From an uncultured Clostridia bacterium (GTDB lineage: Bacteria; Bacillota; Clostridia; Christensenellales; CAG-917), in contig CANQMD010000001.1 in the NCBI GenBank assembly GCA_947624885.1, forward strand, positions 1 to 51,469: 51,469 nt of DNA, read 5' to 3'. The notes below the pieces were generated by a model, which was not told the DNA's origin, searched no databases, and worked only from the letters and a program-made list of their open reading frames with translations. Positions 8,901 through 17,492 of the stretch are shown here, in pieces (position 1 is the stretch's first letter; the number at the start of each line of letters is the position of its first letter). The translations under genes were made by a program, and so were the position numbers.

Positions 8901-10220
8901 ATGAAAGCCATTCTGAAAAGACTCACCAGCACGCAGCTGATCGCGCTGTCGTTTGCGGGGGCGATATTGATCGGCACCCTGCTTTTGCTTTTGCCGTTCG
9001 CGACAAAAAGCGGCGACTGCGCGGGGTTTATGAACGCGTTTTTCACGGCGACGTCGTCCATATGCGTGACGGGGCTTGTCGTGCAGGACACGTCGACGTT
9101 CTGGTCGGTATTCGGTCAGGTGGTGATCCTCGTTCTGATACAGATAGGCGGCATGGGCGTGATCTCGCTGAGTGCGCTTGTTGGGCTGCTCGCCAGGCGG
9201 CGCATAGGGCTTTTGGAGCGTAGCACTTTGCAGGAAGCGATCTCCGCGCCGTCGCTGGGCGGGATAGTGCGTATGACGCGCTTTGTGCTTATCTTCACCG
9301 TGACGGTGGAGTTTGCGGGCTTTGTCATGATGCTCCCCGTGTTTTGCAAGCAATTCGGCGCGGTGGGGATATGGTACAGCCTTTTCCACTCCATCTCCGC
9401 TTTTTGCAACGCGGGCTTTGACATTGTGGGCAAACAGTACTCCTCGCTCACGGCTTATGCAAGCAACCCTCTGCTCAACATCTCCGTAATGGCGATGATC
9501 GTGCTTGGCGGCATAGGCTTCACCACCGTGCGCGACGTGTTGAAATTTCGCCATCACGTCAGGTCGTATTCGCTTCAGACAAAGGTTGTGCTCATCACCA
9601 ACGCCTTTTTGATCGTCCTGCCCGCGCTCTACTTCTTCTTTTTCGAGTTCAACGACAAGGCGACGGGGGAGAGGTTGCTGACCTCGGTGTTTCAATCCGT
9701 CACCACCAGAACGGCGGGCTTCAACACGGCGGATCTCACCTCGCTCAGCGACACGGGGCTTGGCTTTATGATCTTCCTTATGCTGATCGGCGGCTCGCCC
9801 GGCTCCACCGCGGGCGGCATGAAAACCACCACTCTCGCGGTGTTGATCCTGACGGCGATATCCGTGTTCCGCCGCAAGGATTACACCAAGTGTCACAACC
9901 GTCGACTGCCCGAAGCGGCGATCAAAAACGCGGTCGCGCTGCTGATATTGTATTTTTCGCTGTTCTTCTTTGGCGGCGTAGGCATAAGCGCCATCGAGGG
10001 GCTTCCCCTTCTCACCTGCCTGTTTGAAACAGCGTCCGCCGTGGGCACGGTGGGGCTGACGCTTGGCATTACGCCCACGTTGGCGACGGGCTCGCAGATC
10101 ATACTGATAGCGCTGATGTATCTTGGCAGAGTGGGCGCGTTGACCTTGGTGTTTGCAGCGTTCACATCCAGAGCAAAAAACGGAGCAAAATTGCCCGAAG
10201 AAAAAATCACTGTGGGCTGA
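8901..10220 (+). CDS. ktrB: Ktr/Trk-type K+ uptake membrane subunit
   Basis: 439 aa, polytopic. N-terminus LTSTQLIALSFAGAILIGTLLLLLP, with repeated pore-loop-like segments (TATSSICVTGL, HSISAFCNAGF, QSVTTRTAGFN, ETASAVGTVGL) as in KtrB/TrkH. Confidence 0.9.
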   Translation: MKAILKRLTSTQLIALSFAGAILIGTLLLLLPFATKSGDCAGFMNAFFTATSSICVTGLVVQDTSTFWSVFGQVVILVLIQIGGMGVISLSALVGLLARRRIGLLERSTLQEAISAPSLGGIVRMTRFVLIFTVTVEFAGFVMMLPVFCKQFGAVGIWYSLFHSISAFCNAGFDIVGKQYSSLTAYASNPLLNISVMAMIVLGGIGFTTVRDVLKFRHHVRSYSLQTKVVLITNAFLIVLPALYFFFFEFNDKATGERLLTSVFQSVTTRTAGFNTADLTSLSDTGLGFMIFLMLIGGSPGSTAGGMKTTTLAVLILTAISVFRRKDYTKCHNRRLPEAAIKNAVALLILYFSLFFFGGVGISAIEGLPLLTCLFETASAVGTVGLTLGITPTLATGSQIILIALMYLGRVGALTLVFAAFTSRAKNGAKLPEEKITVG

Positions 10221-10230
10221 AGGAGGCCTT

Positions 10231-10875
10231 ATGCAAAACATATTATTGATAGGACTCGGCCGCTTTGGGCGGCACATCGCGGAGGAACTCAACCGCATGG
10301 GGCACCGCATCATGGCGGTAGACAGCAACGAATCGCGCGTGAACAGCGTGCTGAGCGTTGTCACCAACGCGCAGATAGGCGACTCCACGGACAAGCTGTT
10401 TTTGTCCTCGCTTGGGGTGGACAATTACGACGCGGCGATAGTGGCGATCGGCGACGACTTCCAAAGTTCGCTTGAAACGACTTCCCTTTTGAGGGAACTC
10501 GGCGCAAGGCGAATCATCTCAAGAGCGTCCACCGATGTGCACGAAAAGTTTTTGTTGCGCAACGGCGCGGACGAGGTGATCTATCCCGAAAAGGAACTCG
10601 CAAAATGGACGGCGGTCAAATGCACGTCCACACACATTCTCGACTACATTCCCATCGAAAACGACTTTTCCATCTTTGAGATCATCGTGCCCAACGGCTG
10701 GCTTGGCAAAAGCATAATCGATTTGGACATCCGCAAAAAATACGGCATCAACATCCTCGCCATCCGCAACGACGGCAAAACGCAACTCAACGTCGATCCC
10801 TCAACGGCGCTCACCGACAAAATGTCGCTGTACATCGTAGGCGACATGCGCTCCGTCAAAAAGTGTCTGCATTGA
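10231..10875 (+). CDS. ktrA: Ktr/Trk-type K+ uptake peripheral NAD-binding (RCK) subunit
   Basis: 214 aa. Rossmann motif LLIGLGRFGRHIAEEL, with AGGAGG 4 nt upstream. Sits immediately downstream of ktrB. Confidence 0.9.
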   Translation: MQNILLIGLGRFGRHIAEELNRMGHRIMAVDSNESRVNSVLSVVTNAQIGDSTDKLFLSSLGVDNYDAAIVAIGDDFQSSLETTSLLRELGARRIISRASTDVHEKFLLRNGADEVIYPEKELAKWTAVKCTSTHILDYIPIENDFSIFEIIVPNGWLGKSIIDLDIRKKYGINILAIRNDGKTQLNVDPSTALTDKMSLYIVGDMRSVKKCLH

Positions 10876-10977
10876 TCCTTCCCTTTTGCGCTCGCTCATT
10901 TGGGCGGGCGCTTTTTTATTTTCTTTCGCGTGGAGGGGCGCGATCGGCAAAAAGTGCGTGCACAACCGTACATATTG

Positions 10978-10986
10978 TGTTATAAT
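10978..10986 (+). promoter_or_regulatory. Extended -10 element (TGtTATAAT) directly upstream of the KdpD-like start
   Basis: TG at 10978-10979 and TATAAT at 10981-10986. The ATG at 10994 is 7 nt after the -10 and has no SD sequence, which is compatible with a leaderless transcript. There is no good -35. Confidence 0.3.
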
Positions 10987-10993
10987 ACAAGTT

Positions 10994-12952
10994 ATGCAGG
11001 AAAACTCATCGCAAAACCCATCCTCCCGGCAGGCGGAACACGTGTTGGCGTGTCTTTCGTCCGCGCCGTCCAACGCGAGCATAATCAAAACGGCGGCGCA
11101 AATGGCTTCCGCATACGGCGCGAAGTTCACGGCGCTGTTTGTCGAAACGCCCGATTTTGAAAAGGCAAGCGCGGAAAACAAAGCCCGCCTCGCCCGCAAC
11201 ATCGAGTTGGCAAAGCAGCTTGGCGCGGAGGTCGAAACCGTGTTCGGCGACGATATCGCCTATCAGATCGCGCGGTTTTCGGAGGCGTTTGCCGTCACAA
11301 AGCTGGTGATCGGTCGCAGTTCTTTCACAAAAAAACGCGCGTTGAGCCGCACCGACCTCATAGACCGCCTGCTTGTGTACGCGCCCGCCGTCGAGATCCA
11401 CATCATTCCCGACAGGGACGCTGACGTGCGCTATATCCCCAAAAGATCGGTATCCGCCTGGCGCGACGTCCTCAAAAACTCCGCCATCTGCGCGGCAGGT
11501 TTGGGCGCCGCAACTCTGGCAAGCTATCTTCTCACCATGGCGGGATTTACGGACGAGGGAATGATCATGGTGTATCTGCTCGCCGTGCTCATCATATCCA
11601 CTGCAACCTCCAATGTGATCTACAGCCTCATATCTTCCGTCGCGGGCGTGTTTTTGTACAACGGCCTGTTCGCCGTCCCCGCGTTTTCCTTCTCTTCATA
11701 CGGCACGGGCTACCCCATCGCGTTTTTGGCGATGTTCCTCACGGCGTTCATAACGGGATCGCTCGCACAGCGCAACAAGCGGCAGGCAAATCAATATCAA
11801 AACATCGCGCACAGGCTCAAGATATTGTTTGAAACCAACAAACTTCTGCTTGCGGAAACGGATCGCGACAAGATCCTGACGCTCACCGCGCAACAACTCA
11901 TCAAGCTGTTCAAAACGGACGTGCTCATCTTCGATGAAAATCTGCAATGCACTTATTTTGCCGCGGATCCTGCAAAACAAGCGGTTTATGACATCAGATC
12001 CGAGCGAAAAAATGCCGAATCTGCGATCAACGGCGCTCAAACCGACAGCGGCGACTCCTCCGCCGAAGCGCATTTTGTGTATATGCCGCTGAACATCAAC
12101 GGGCATATTTTCGGCGCAGTAGGGATCGACTCGGTGGGGCTGAGCGCGTTTGAGCACGACACTCTGACTTCCGTCGTGCTTGAGTGCGCATTGGCGCTTG
12201 AAAACGAAAAGAACATGCGCGAAAAAGAGCAAGCCGCCGTCATGGCAAGCAACGAGCAATTGCGCGCAAACATCCTGCGCTCCATCTCTCACGATCTGCG
12301 CACTCCGCTCACGTCCATTTCCGGCAACGCCGCAAATCTGCTTGAAAACGGCGGCAAACTCGATCCCGAAACGCGTACGCAGCTTCTCAAGGACATTCTC
12401 AAGGATTCCGATTGGCTCATCAACCTCACGGAAAACCTGCTTGCGTCCACGCGCATGGAGGACGGCAAACTTCAACTTCGCCTGACCGACGAGTTGATCG
12501 ACGACATAGTCGACGCGGCGGTGAATTACTGCCGTAAGGGCGCGGAGGGCAGGCGCATATCCGTATCCTCCGACTCCCCCATGGCGTTTGTCAGCGTAGA
12601 TTCAAAACTCATCGTGCAGGTGCTTGTCAACCTGCTTCAAAACGCCGTCAAGTACACTCCCGACGGCTCGGACATCGAGGTGAAAGTGACCTCCTGCGAC
12701 TCAAAGGTGCGGGTGAGCGTCGCGGACAACGGGGTCGGAGTCGCGCCGGAGGACAAGCCTCACCTGTTTGAAAAGTTTTACACCGGCGCGGGCAAACCCG
12801 CCGACAGTCGTCGCTCGCTTGGGCTTGGGCTGTACCTATGCAAATCCATAGTGGAGGCGCACGGCGGCGCGATATGGTTTGAGGACAACCTTCCCCACGG
12901 CGCGGTGGTGACATTCGAATTGCCTCAAAAGGAGATAAAGATCAATGAATAA
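10994..12952 (+). CDS. kdpD: KdpD-like sensor histidine kinase lacking the N-terminal KdpD P-loop domain (Usp-like + membrane + GAF-like + HisKA/HATPase)
   Basis: 652 aa from MQENSS. Contains a Usp-like segment (HVLACLSSAPSNASIIKTAAQMA..VTKLVIGRS), four hydrophobic helices, the H-box SISHDLRTPLTSI, the N-box LLQNAVKYTP and a G-box GLGLGLYLCKSIVEAHGG. Confidence 0.8.
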   Translation: MQENSSQNPSSRQAEHVLACLSSAPSNASIIKTAAQMASAYGAKFTALFVETPDFEKASAENKARLARNIELAKQLGAEVETVFGDDIAYQIARFSEAFAVTKLVIGRSSFTKKRALSRTDLIDRLLVYAPAVEIHIIPDRDADVRYIPKRSVSAWRDVLKNSAICAAGLGAATLASYLLTMAGFTDEGMIMVYLLAVLIISTATSNVIYSLISSVAGVFLYNGLFAVPAFSFSSYGTGYPIAFLAMFLTAFITGSLAQRNKRQANQYQNIAHRLKILFETNKLLLAETDRDKILTLTAQQLIKLFKTDVLIFDENLQCTYFAADPAKQAVYDIRSERKNAESAINGAQTDSGDSSAEAHFVYMPLNINGHIFGAVGIDSVGLSAFEHDTLTSVVLECALALENEKNMREKEQAAVMASNEQLRANILRSISHDLRTPLTSISGNAANLLENGGKLDPETRTQLLKDILKDSDWLINLTENLLASTRMEDGKLQLRLTDELIDDIVDAAVNYCRKGAEGRRISVSSDSPMAFVSVDSKLIVQVLVNLLQNAVKYTPDGSDIEVKVTSCDSKVRVSVADNGVGVAPEDKPHLFEKFYTGAGKPADSRRSLGLGLYLCKSIVEAHGGAIWFEDNLPHGAVVTFELPQKEIKINE

Positions 12953-13637
12953 GCCTCTGATTTTGGTCGTTGAAGACGACGCGTCCGTGCGCAATCTGAT
13001 ATGCGCCACGCTCAAAGCCAACGAGTACAGCTATGTGACCGCGAGTTCCGGCGCGGAGGCGACTGCGCAAGCGGCGACGCACAATCCCGACATCATACTT
13101 CTCGATCTCGGCTTGCCGGACATTGACGGCGTGCAGGTCATAGCGCAGGTGCGAGGTTGGGCGATCACCCCCATCATAGTGATAAGCGCCCGCAGCGACG
13201 ATTCCGACAAGATCGCGGCGCTTGACGCAGGCGCAGACGACTATCTCACAAAGCCTTTCTCCGTGGAGGAACTGCTCGCGAGGATACGCGCGACTCAGCG
13301 CAGGCTGATCTACATGAGCAACGCCTCCCCCGCCTCCTCATTTGAAAACGGCGGATTGAAGATAGATTACGCCGCGGGCTGCGTCTATCTTGACGGCGAG
13401 GAGTTGCACCTGACTTCCATCGAGTACAAACTTCTCTGTCTGCTCGCGCAAAACGTAGGCAAGGTGCTGACGCACAAGTACATCACTCAAAACGTATGGG
13501 GCAGCAGTTGGGACAACGACATCGCCTCGCTGCGTGTGTACATGGCGGCGCTCCGCAAAAAACTTGAAAGCGCGGACGGCGAAAAACAGTACATTCAAAC
13601 GCACATCGGCGTTGGCTACAGGATGATCCGCCTGTGA
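12945..13637 (+). CDS. kdpE: OmpR-family response regulator, KdpE-like
   Basis: 230 aa. Receiver motifs LVVEDD, ILLDLGLPDIDG and TKPF, with a winged-helix C-terminus (IQTHIGVGYRM). Overlaps the kinase gene by 8 nt. Confidence 0.88.
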   Translation: MNKPLILVVEDDASVRNLICATLKANEYSYVTASSGAEATAQAATHNPDIILLDLGLPDIDGVQVIAQVRGWAITPIIVISARSDDSDKIAALDAGADDYLTKPFSVEELLARIRATQRRLIYMSNASPASSFENGGLKIDYAAGCVYLDGEELHLTSIEYKLLCLLAQNVGKVLTHKYITQNVWGSSWDNDIASLRVYMAALRKKLESADGEKQYIQTHIGVGYRMIRL

Positions 13638-13674
13638 TCCTATCAAAATTTGCCGCACTCAAGGCGCGGTACGC

Positions 13675-13703
13675 TTGAAAACCGAACTTTTGTGTGGTAT
13701 AAT
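13675..13703 (+). promoter_or_regulatory. Candidate sigma-A promoter for the flavodiiron gene
   Basis: TTGAAA (13675-13680), 17 nt, TATAAT (13698-13703) with TG at -15/-14. GGGAGG RBS sits before the ATG at 13741. Confidence 0.6.
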
Positions 13704-13740
13704 AGCAAATCGAAAATAAATTTTTGTTTGGGAGGTATAT

Positions 13741-15531
13741 ATGTTCATCACCAACGACATCAGATACGTCGGCGTCAACGATCGCGACGTGGACCTTTTC
13801 GAGGGGCAATACGTTGTTCCCAACGGCATGGCGTACAACTCCTACGTCATTCTCGACAAAAAGATCGCCGTTTTCGACACAGTTGACAGGCGTTTTGGCG
13901 ACAAGTGGCTTGCAAACATCAAAAACGTGTTAGGCAAGCAGTCGCCGGACTATCTCATCGTTCAGCACATGGAGCCCGACCACTCCGCAAACATCGCCCG
14001 CTTCATGGCGGAATATCCCAAGGCGACGGTCGTGTCGTCCGCAAAGGCATTCAAGATGATGGAGCAATTTTTCGGCACGTCTTTTGAAAGCCGTCGGATG
14101 GTGATCGGCGAGGGCGATACGCTGTCCCTCGGCGCACACGAGTTGGCGTTTGTCGCCGCGCCCATGGTGCATTGGCCGGAGGTCATCGTCACCTACGACA
14201 GCACGGACAAAGTGCTGTTCTCGGCGGACGGATTCGGCAAATTCGGAGCGCTTGACGCGGACGAGGATTGGGCTTGCGAGGCTCGCAGGTACTATATCGG
14301 CATCGTCGGCAAGTACGGAGCGCAAGTGCAGGCTCTGCTGAAAAAGGCTGCAAACCTCGACACCAAGATCATCTGCCCTCTTCACGGCCCCGTGCTCACC
14401 GAAAATCTCGGCTATTACCTCAATCTTTACAACATCTGGTCGTCCTACGGCGTTGAATCCGACGGCATAATGATCGCCTACACCTCCGTCTACGGGCATA
14501 CCAAAGCGGCGGTTGAAAAACTCGCGCAAAAACTCAAGGAAAAGGGCTGTCCCAAAGTCGTCGTCACCGACCTCGCCCGCGAGGACATGGCGGAAGCTGT
14601 GGAGGACGCTTTCAGATACGGCAAACTTGTGCTTGCCACCACCACCTACAACGCGGAGATCTTCCCCTTTATGCGGGAGTTCATCAACCATTTGACGGAG
14701 CGCAACTTCCAAAACAGGCACATCGCCTTCATCGAGAACGGCAGCTGGGCTCCCATGGCGACGCGCGTCATGAAGGGCATGCTTGAGGGCTGCAAAAACC
14801 TCACCTTCGCGGAGCACAACGTGCGCATACTCTCCGCGCTCAACGCGGACAGCGAGGCGCAACTTGAGGATATGGCGACGGAGCTTTGCTGCGACTACAT
14901 CGCGCGCGGCGCGGACGCGGACAAGTTCGATCTCAAGGCGCTTTTCAACATCGGCTACGGGCTGTATGTCGTCACCTCCCGCGACGGCGCAAAGGACAAC
15001 GGCCTCATCGTCAACACCGTAACCCAACTCACCAACACGCCAAACCGCATAGGGGTCACCATCAACAAGTCGAACTATTCCCATGACATCATCAAAAAGA
15101 CGGGACTTCTCAACGTCAACTGCCTCTCGGTGGAGGCTCCCTTCAAGGTGTTTGAAAACTTCGGTTTCAGAAGCGGCAGGGATTGCAACAAGTTCGCGGA
15201 CTGCGAGGAGATACTCCGCTCCGACAACGGGCTCATCTTCCTGCCCCGCTACATCAACTCGTTTATGTCCCTCAAGGTGGAAAACACCGTCGACCTCGAC
15301 ACGCACACCATGTTTGTGTGCACCGTCACGGAGTCGCGCGTGATCTCCCCCGTGGAAACCATGACCTACACCTACTATCAGCAAAACGTCAAACCCCGCC
15401 CTAAGACCGAAAACAAGAAAGGCTGGGTGTGCAAAGTCTGCGGCTATGTCTACGAAGGCGACGAACTCCCCGAGGATTTCGTCTGCCCCCTCTGCAAGCA
15501 CGGCGCGAGCGATTTTGAAAGGATACAATAA
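13741..15531 (+). CDS. Multidomain flavodiiron protein: metallo-beta-lactamase-like diiron + flavodoxin-like + flavin-reductase-like + rubredoxin
   Basis: 596 aa. Diiron ligand motif H-M-E-P-D-H (VQHMEPDHSAN) in an FprA-like N-terminus. Mid-region is flavodoxin-like (IAYTSVYGHTK). C-terminal part is flavin-reductase-like, ending in a rubredoxin with two CxxC knuckles (WVCKVCGYVYEG..FVCPLCKHG). Confidence 0.88.
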   Translation: MFITNDIRYVGVNDRDVDLFEGQYVVPNGMAYNSYVILDKKIAVFDTVDRRFGDKWLANIKNVLGKQSPDYLIVQHMEPDHSANIARFMAEYPKATVVSSAKAFKMMEQFFGTSFESRRMVIGEGDTLSLGAHELAFVAAPMVHWPEVIVTYDSTDKVLFSADGFGKFGALDADEDWACEARRYYIGIVGKYGAQVQALLKKAANLDTKIICPLHGPVLTENLGYYLNLYNIWSSYGVESDGIMIAYTSVYGHTKAAVEKLAQKLKEKGCPKVVVTDLAREDMAEAVEDAFRYGKLVLATTTYNAEIFPFMREFINHLTERNFQNRHIAFIENGSWAPMATRVMKGMLEGCKNLTFAEHNVRILSALNADSEAQLEDMATELCCDYIARGADADKFDLKALFNIGYGLYVVTSRDGAKDNGLIVNTVTQLTNTPNRIGVTINKSNYSHDIIKKTGLLNVNCLSVEAPFKVFENFGFRSGRDCNKFADCEEILRSDNGLIFLPRYINSFMSLKVENTVDLDTHTMFVCTVTESRVISPVETMTYTYYQQNVKPRPKTENKKGWVCKVCGYVYEGDELPEDFVCPLCKHGASDFERIQ

Positions 15532-15596
15532 CGTCGATCTGCAAAGCGCCTCTGCATTTTGACATCAAAGCAGGCTCAAGCAATCAACACTCAAAA

Positions 15597-15623
15597 GCGA
15601 CTCGGAAAACCCGAGCCGTTTTT
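15597..15623 (+). terminator. Candidate intrinsic terminator after the flavodiiron gene
   Basis: CTCGG-aaaac-CCGAG core stem with imperfect extension, followed by CCGTTTTT. Confidence 0.45.
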
Positions 15624-15709
15624 GCATTATCTGATCCTCGATCCGCAAGACAACTTGAGATATTCCCTGAAACTGTCGGCTGTCGGCGGCAAATCATTTC
15701 TTTCCCCGC

Positions 15710-15738
15710 TTGACATACATTTGACTATGGATTAGAAT
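15710..15738 (+). promoter_or_regulatory. Candidate sigma-A promoter for the LRR membrane protein gene
   Basis: TTGACA (15710-15715), 17 nt, TAGAAT (15733-15738). It lies ~35 nt upstream of the ATG at 15772. Confidence 0.55.
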
Positions 15739-15771
15739 ATAATATATTCAAACAGGAGAATATCATCACTC

Positions 15772-17292
15772 ATGACAAACGACGACAGAGAAACTTCATC
15801 GTACGAAAGTTGCTCAGAGTGCGGCGAGTCAAGCGAATCGCGGCATTCCTATTCGGAAAGCGCGCGTTCCGACGACGCGCGTCGCACCGACGAAACGCAT
15901 TCCTCAAAACCTCCGACAACGCCAGTCAAAATTGTTCGCAAGCAAAGCAAGCAAAAAAGACAGGCGTTCTTTTCCCGCGTAGGCTCAGGTTTGTCCTCAT
16001 TTTTCAAAAAAATAGGCTCCGCGCTCGCGACCTTTTTTAGCGCGGTTGGCGATGGGATCGGCGAAATTTTATTTTCCGGCACAAAAACCGGCATTCTGGT
16101 GACCAACATCGTCTTCACGGTTTTGGAGTTTGTTGGATTGCTGTTTATGGTGTCCTATCCTTTTGCGGTCAAGATCCTCTACCCTTCGCCGGAATTCAAC
16201 GCCTACATAGGCGTTTGCGTCACGTTTGCGGTGATCACCCTGCTTCACATCATCTATTATGTTATCAACTCCTTGACCAACGGATATTCCCATTGTAAAC
16301 GCGATCGCGGCGTATACTGTGCGGCGATCCTGCCTTCATACGGCGGACTTGCGATCATTTGCTTCTGCATAGGTTGGTACACAAACAACATGCACGATTG
16401 GCTGTGGGTGTTTTTCGCTTTTGGGCTCGCGCTGTTCGTCATGTTCACGATATTTGGCGCTTCCGGCGCAAACGTTGACGGCGACGAAAGAGTTTTGAGT
16501 TCATTTGCCATTGCGGCGATATGTCTTGCCGCGCTCACGTTTGTGGGAGGATGGCTGTATGTCAAGCAGACCACCAACGACGGCGTGGAAAACGGCTTTT
16601 ACTACTACATTCGCGAGGACGGCACGCTCAACGTCTGCATGCATGACTATGACGACGTTGAGGACCTTGTTATTCCCGACAAGTTGTTGGATCGCCCCGT
16701 ACGCGTGTTCAGCAAACCCGCCGTGCTTGGAGGCTCCACACTCAAAAGCGTGACCATGAGCGACGAGTTGGTCGAGATCGCGGAAAAGAGTTTTTACAAC
16801 TGCACGCGACTGTCCAAAGTGGAAATGACCGACAACGTGCGCTACGTCGGCAAAAAAGCGTTTGAAAATTGCAGATCGCTCAATGTGCTGACCTTCTCGC
16901 AGTCGGTGACGCACCTCAGCGACAATCTGTTCAAAAATTGCGAAGCCCTTCCCACTTTCGAAATGTCCGACAGCGTGACAAGTATGGGCAAAAACGTCTT
17001 TGAAAACTGCTATTCACTCATCTCGATCAAGCTGTCCTCGTCCCTCAAAACGGTGGGCAAAGCCGCCTACAAAAACTGCATCCGCCTCACCCGCGTCGAG
17101 TTCCCCGCCAGTGTGGAAACCATCGGGAAAAACGCCTTCCACGGATGCGCCAATCTCAACAGCTTCGTATTTCCCGAAGGCAGCGTCTGGGAGGTCGGAC
17201 TTCCCCGCAAAACCGCCTTCTCGTGGGATTCTTTGCAGGACGATATACGTCGCATTTTGACCTACGACAGCGACGAACTAAAAAAGAAGTGA
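15772..17292 (+). CDS. Polytopic membrane protein with C-terminal BspA-type leucine-rich repeats (LRR_5-like)
   Basis: 506 aa. The first ~95 aa are Ser/Asp/Glu/Arg-rich, followed by about five hydrophobic helices. The C-terminus has repeats of the form I-x-x-x-AF-x-x-C-x-x-L (AEKSFYNCTRL, GKKAFENCRSL, SDNLFKNCEAL, GKNVFENCYSL, GKAAYKNCIRL, GKNAFHGCANL). Confidence 0.8.
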   Translation: MTNDDRETSSYESCSECGESSESRHSYSESARSDDARRTDETHSSKPPTTPVKIVRKQSKQKRQAFFSRVGSGLSSFFKKIGSALATFFSAVGDGIGEILFSGTKTGILVTNIVFTVLEFVGLLFMVSYPFAVKILYPSPEFNAYIGVCVTFAVITLLHIIYYVINSLTNGYSHCKRDRGVYCAAILPSYGGLAIICFCIGWYTNNMHDWLWVFFAFGLALFVMFTIFGASGANVDGDERVLSSFAIAAICLAALTFVGGWLYVKQTTNDGVENGFYYYIREDGTLNVCMHDYDDVEDLVIPDKLLDRPVRVFSKPAVLGGSTLKSVTMSDELVEIAEKSFYNCTRLSKVEMTDNVRYVGKKAFENCRSLNVLTFSQSVTHLSDNLFKNCEALPTFEMSDSVTSMGKNVFENCYSLISIKLSSSLKTVGKAAYKNCIRLTRVEFPASVETIGKNAFHGCANLNSFVFPEGSVWEVGLPRKTAFSWDSLQDDIRRILTYDSDELKKK

Positions 17293-17363
17293 CGCCTCTC
17301 TTCCCCGCCATCATCCTTATATCCTGAGCGTCCGCGTTTTGACAACCCCCGTTGCAAATTTTC

Positions 17364-17395
17364 AAGGCCCGCACTTCGCGAGCCTTTTCTTTTTA
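17364..17395 (+). terminator. Weak candidate terminator after the LRR gene
   Basis: AAGGC(C)CGC-acttc-GCG(A)GCCTT hairpin with one mismatch, followed by a TTCTTTTT run. Confidence 0.4.
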
Positions 17396-17492
17396 ATTCA
17401 TTCAACTTTGCTCCGCCCGACCGCGCTTCACTCCAAATCCGCGCCGTCCGTTTCTCATCAAAGTTTGCCTCAACGCTCGTCGCCGTATATTA

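Noticed and set aside
8667-10424. 585-aa minus-strand ORF across ktrB
   Set aside because: It is antisense to an unmistakable KtrB/TrkH coding sequence. The translation is extremely Arg/His/Gly/Gln-rich.
13930-15528. 532-aa minus-strand ORF across the flavodiiron gene
   Set aside because: It is antisense to a gene with diiron, flavodoxin and rubredoxin motifs. Its composition is Val/Arg/Gly/Asp-rich shadow.
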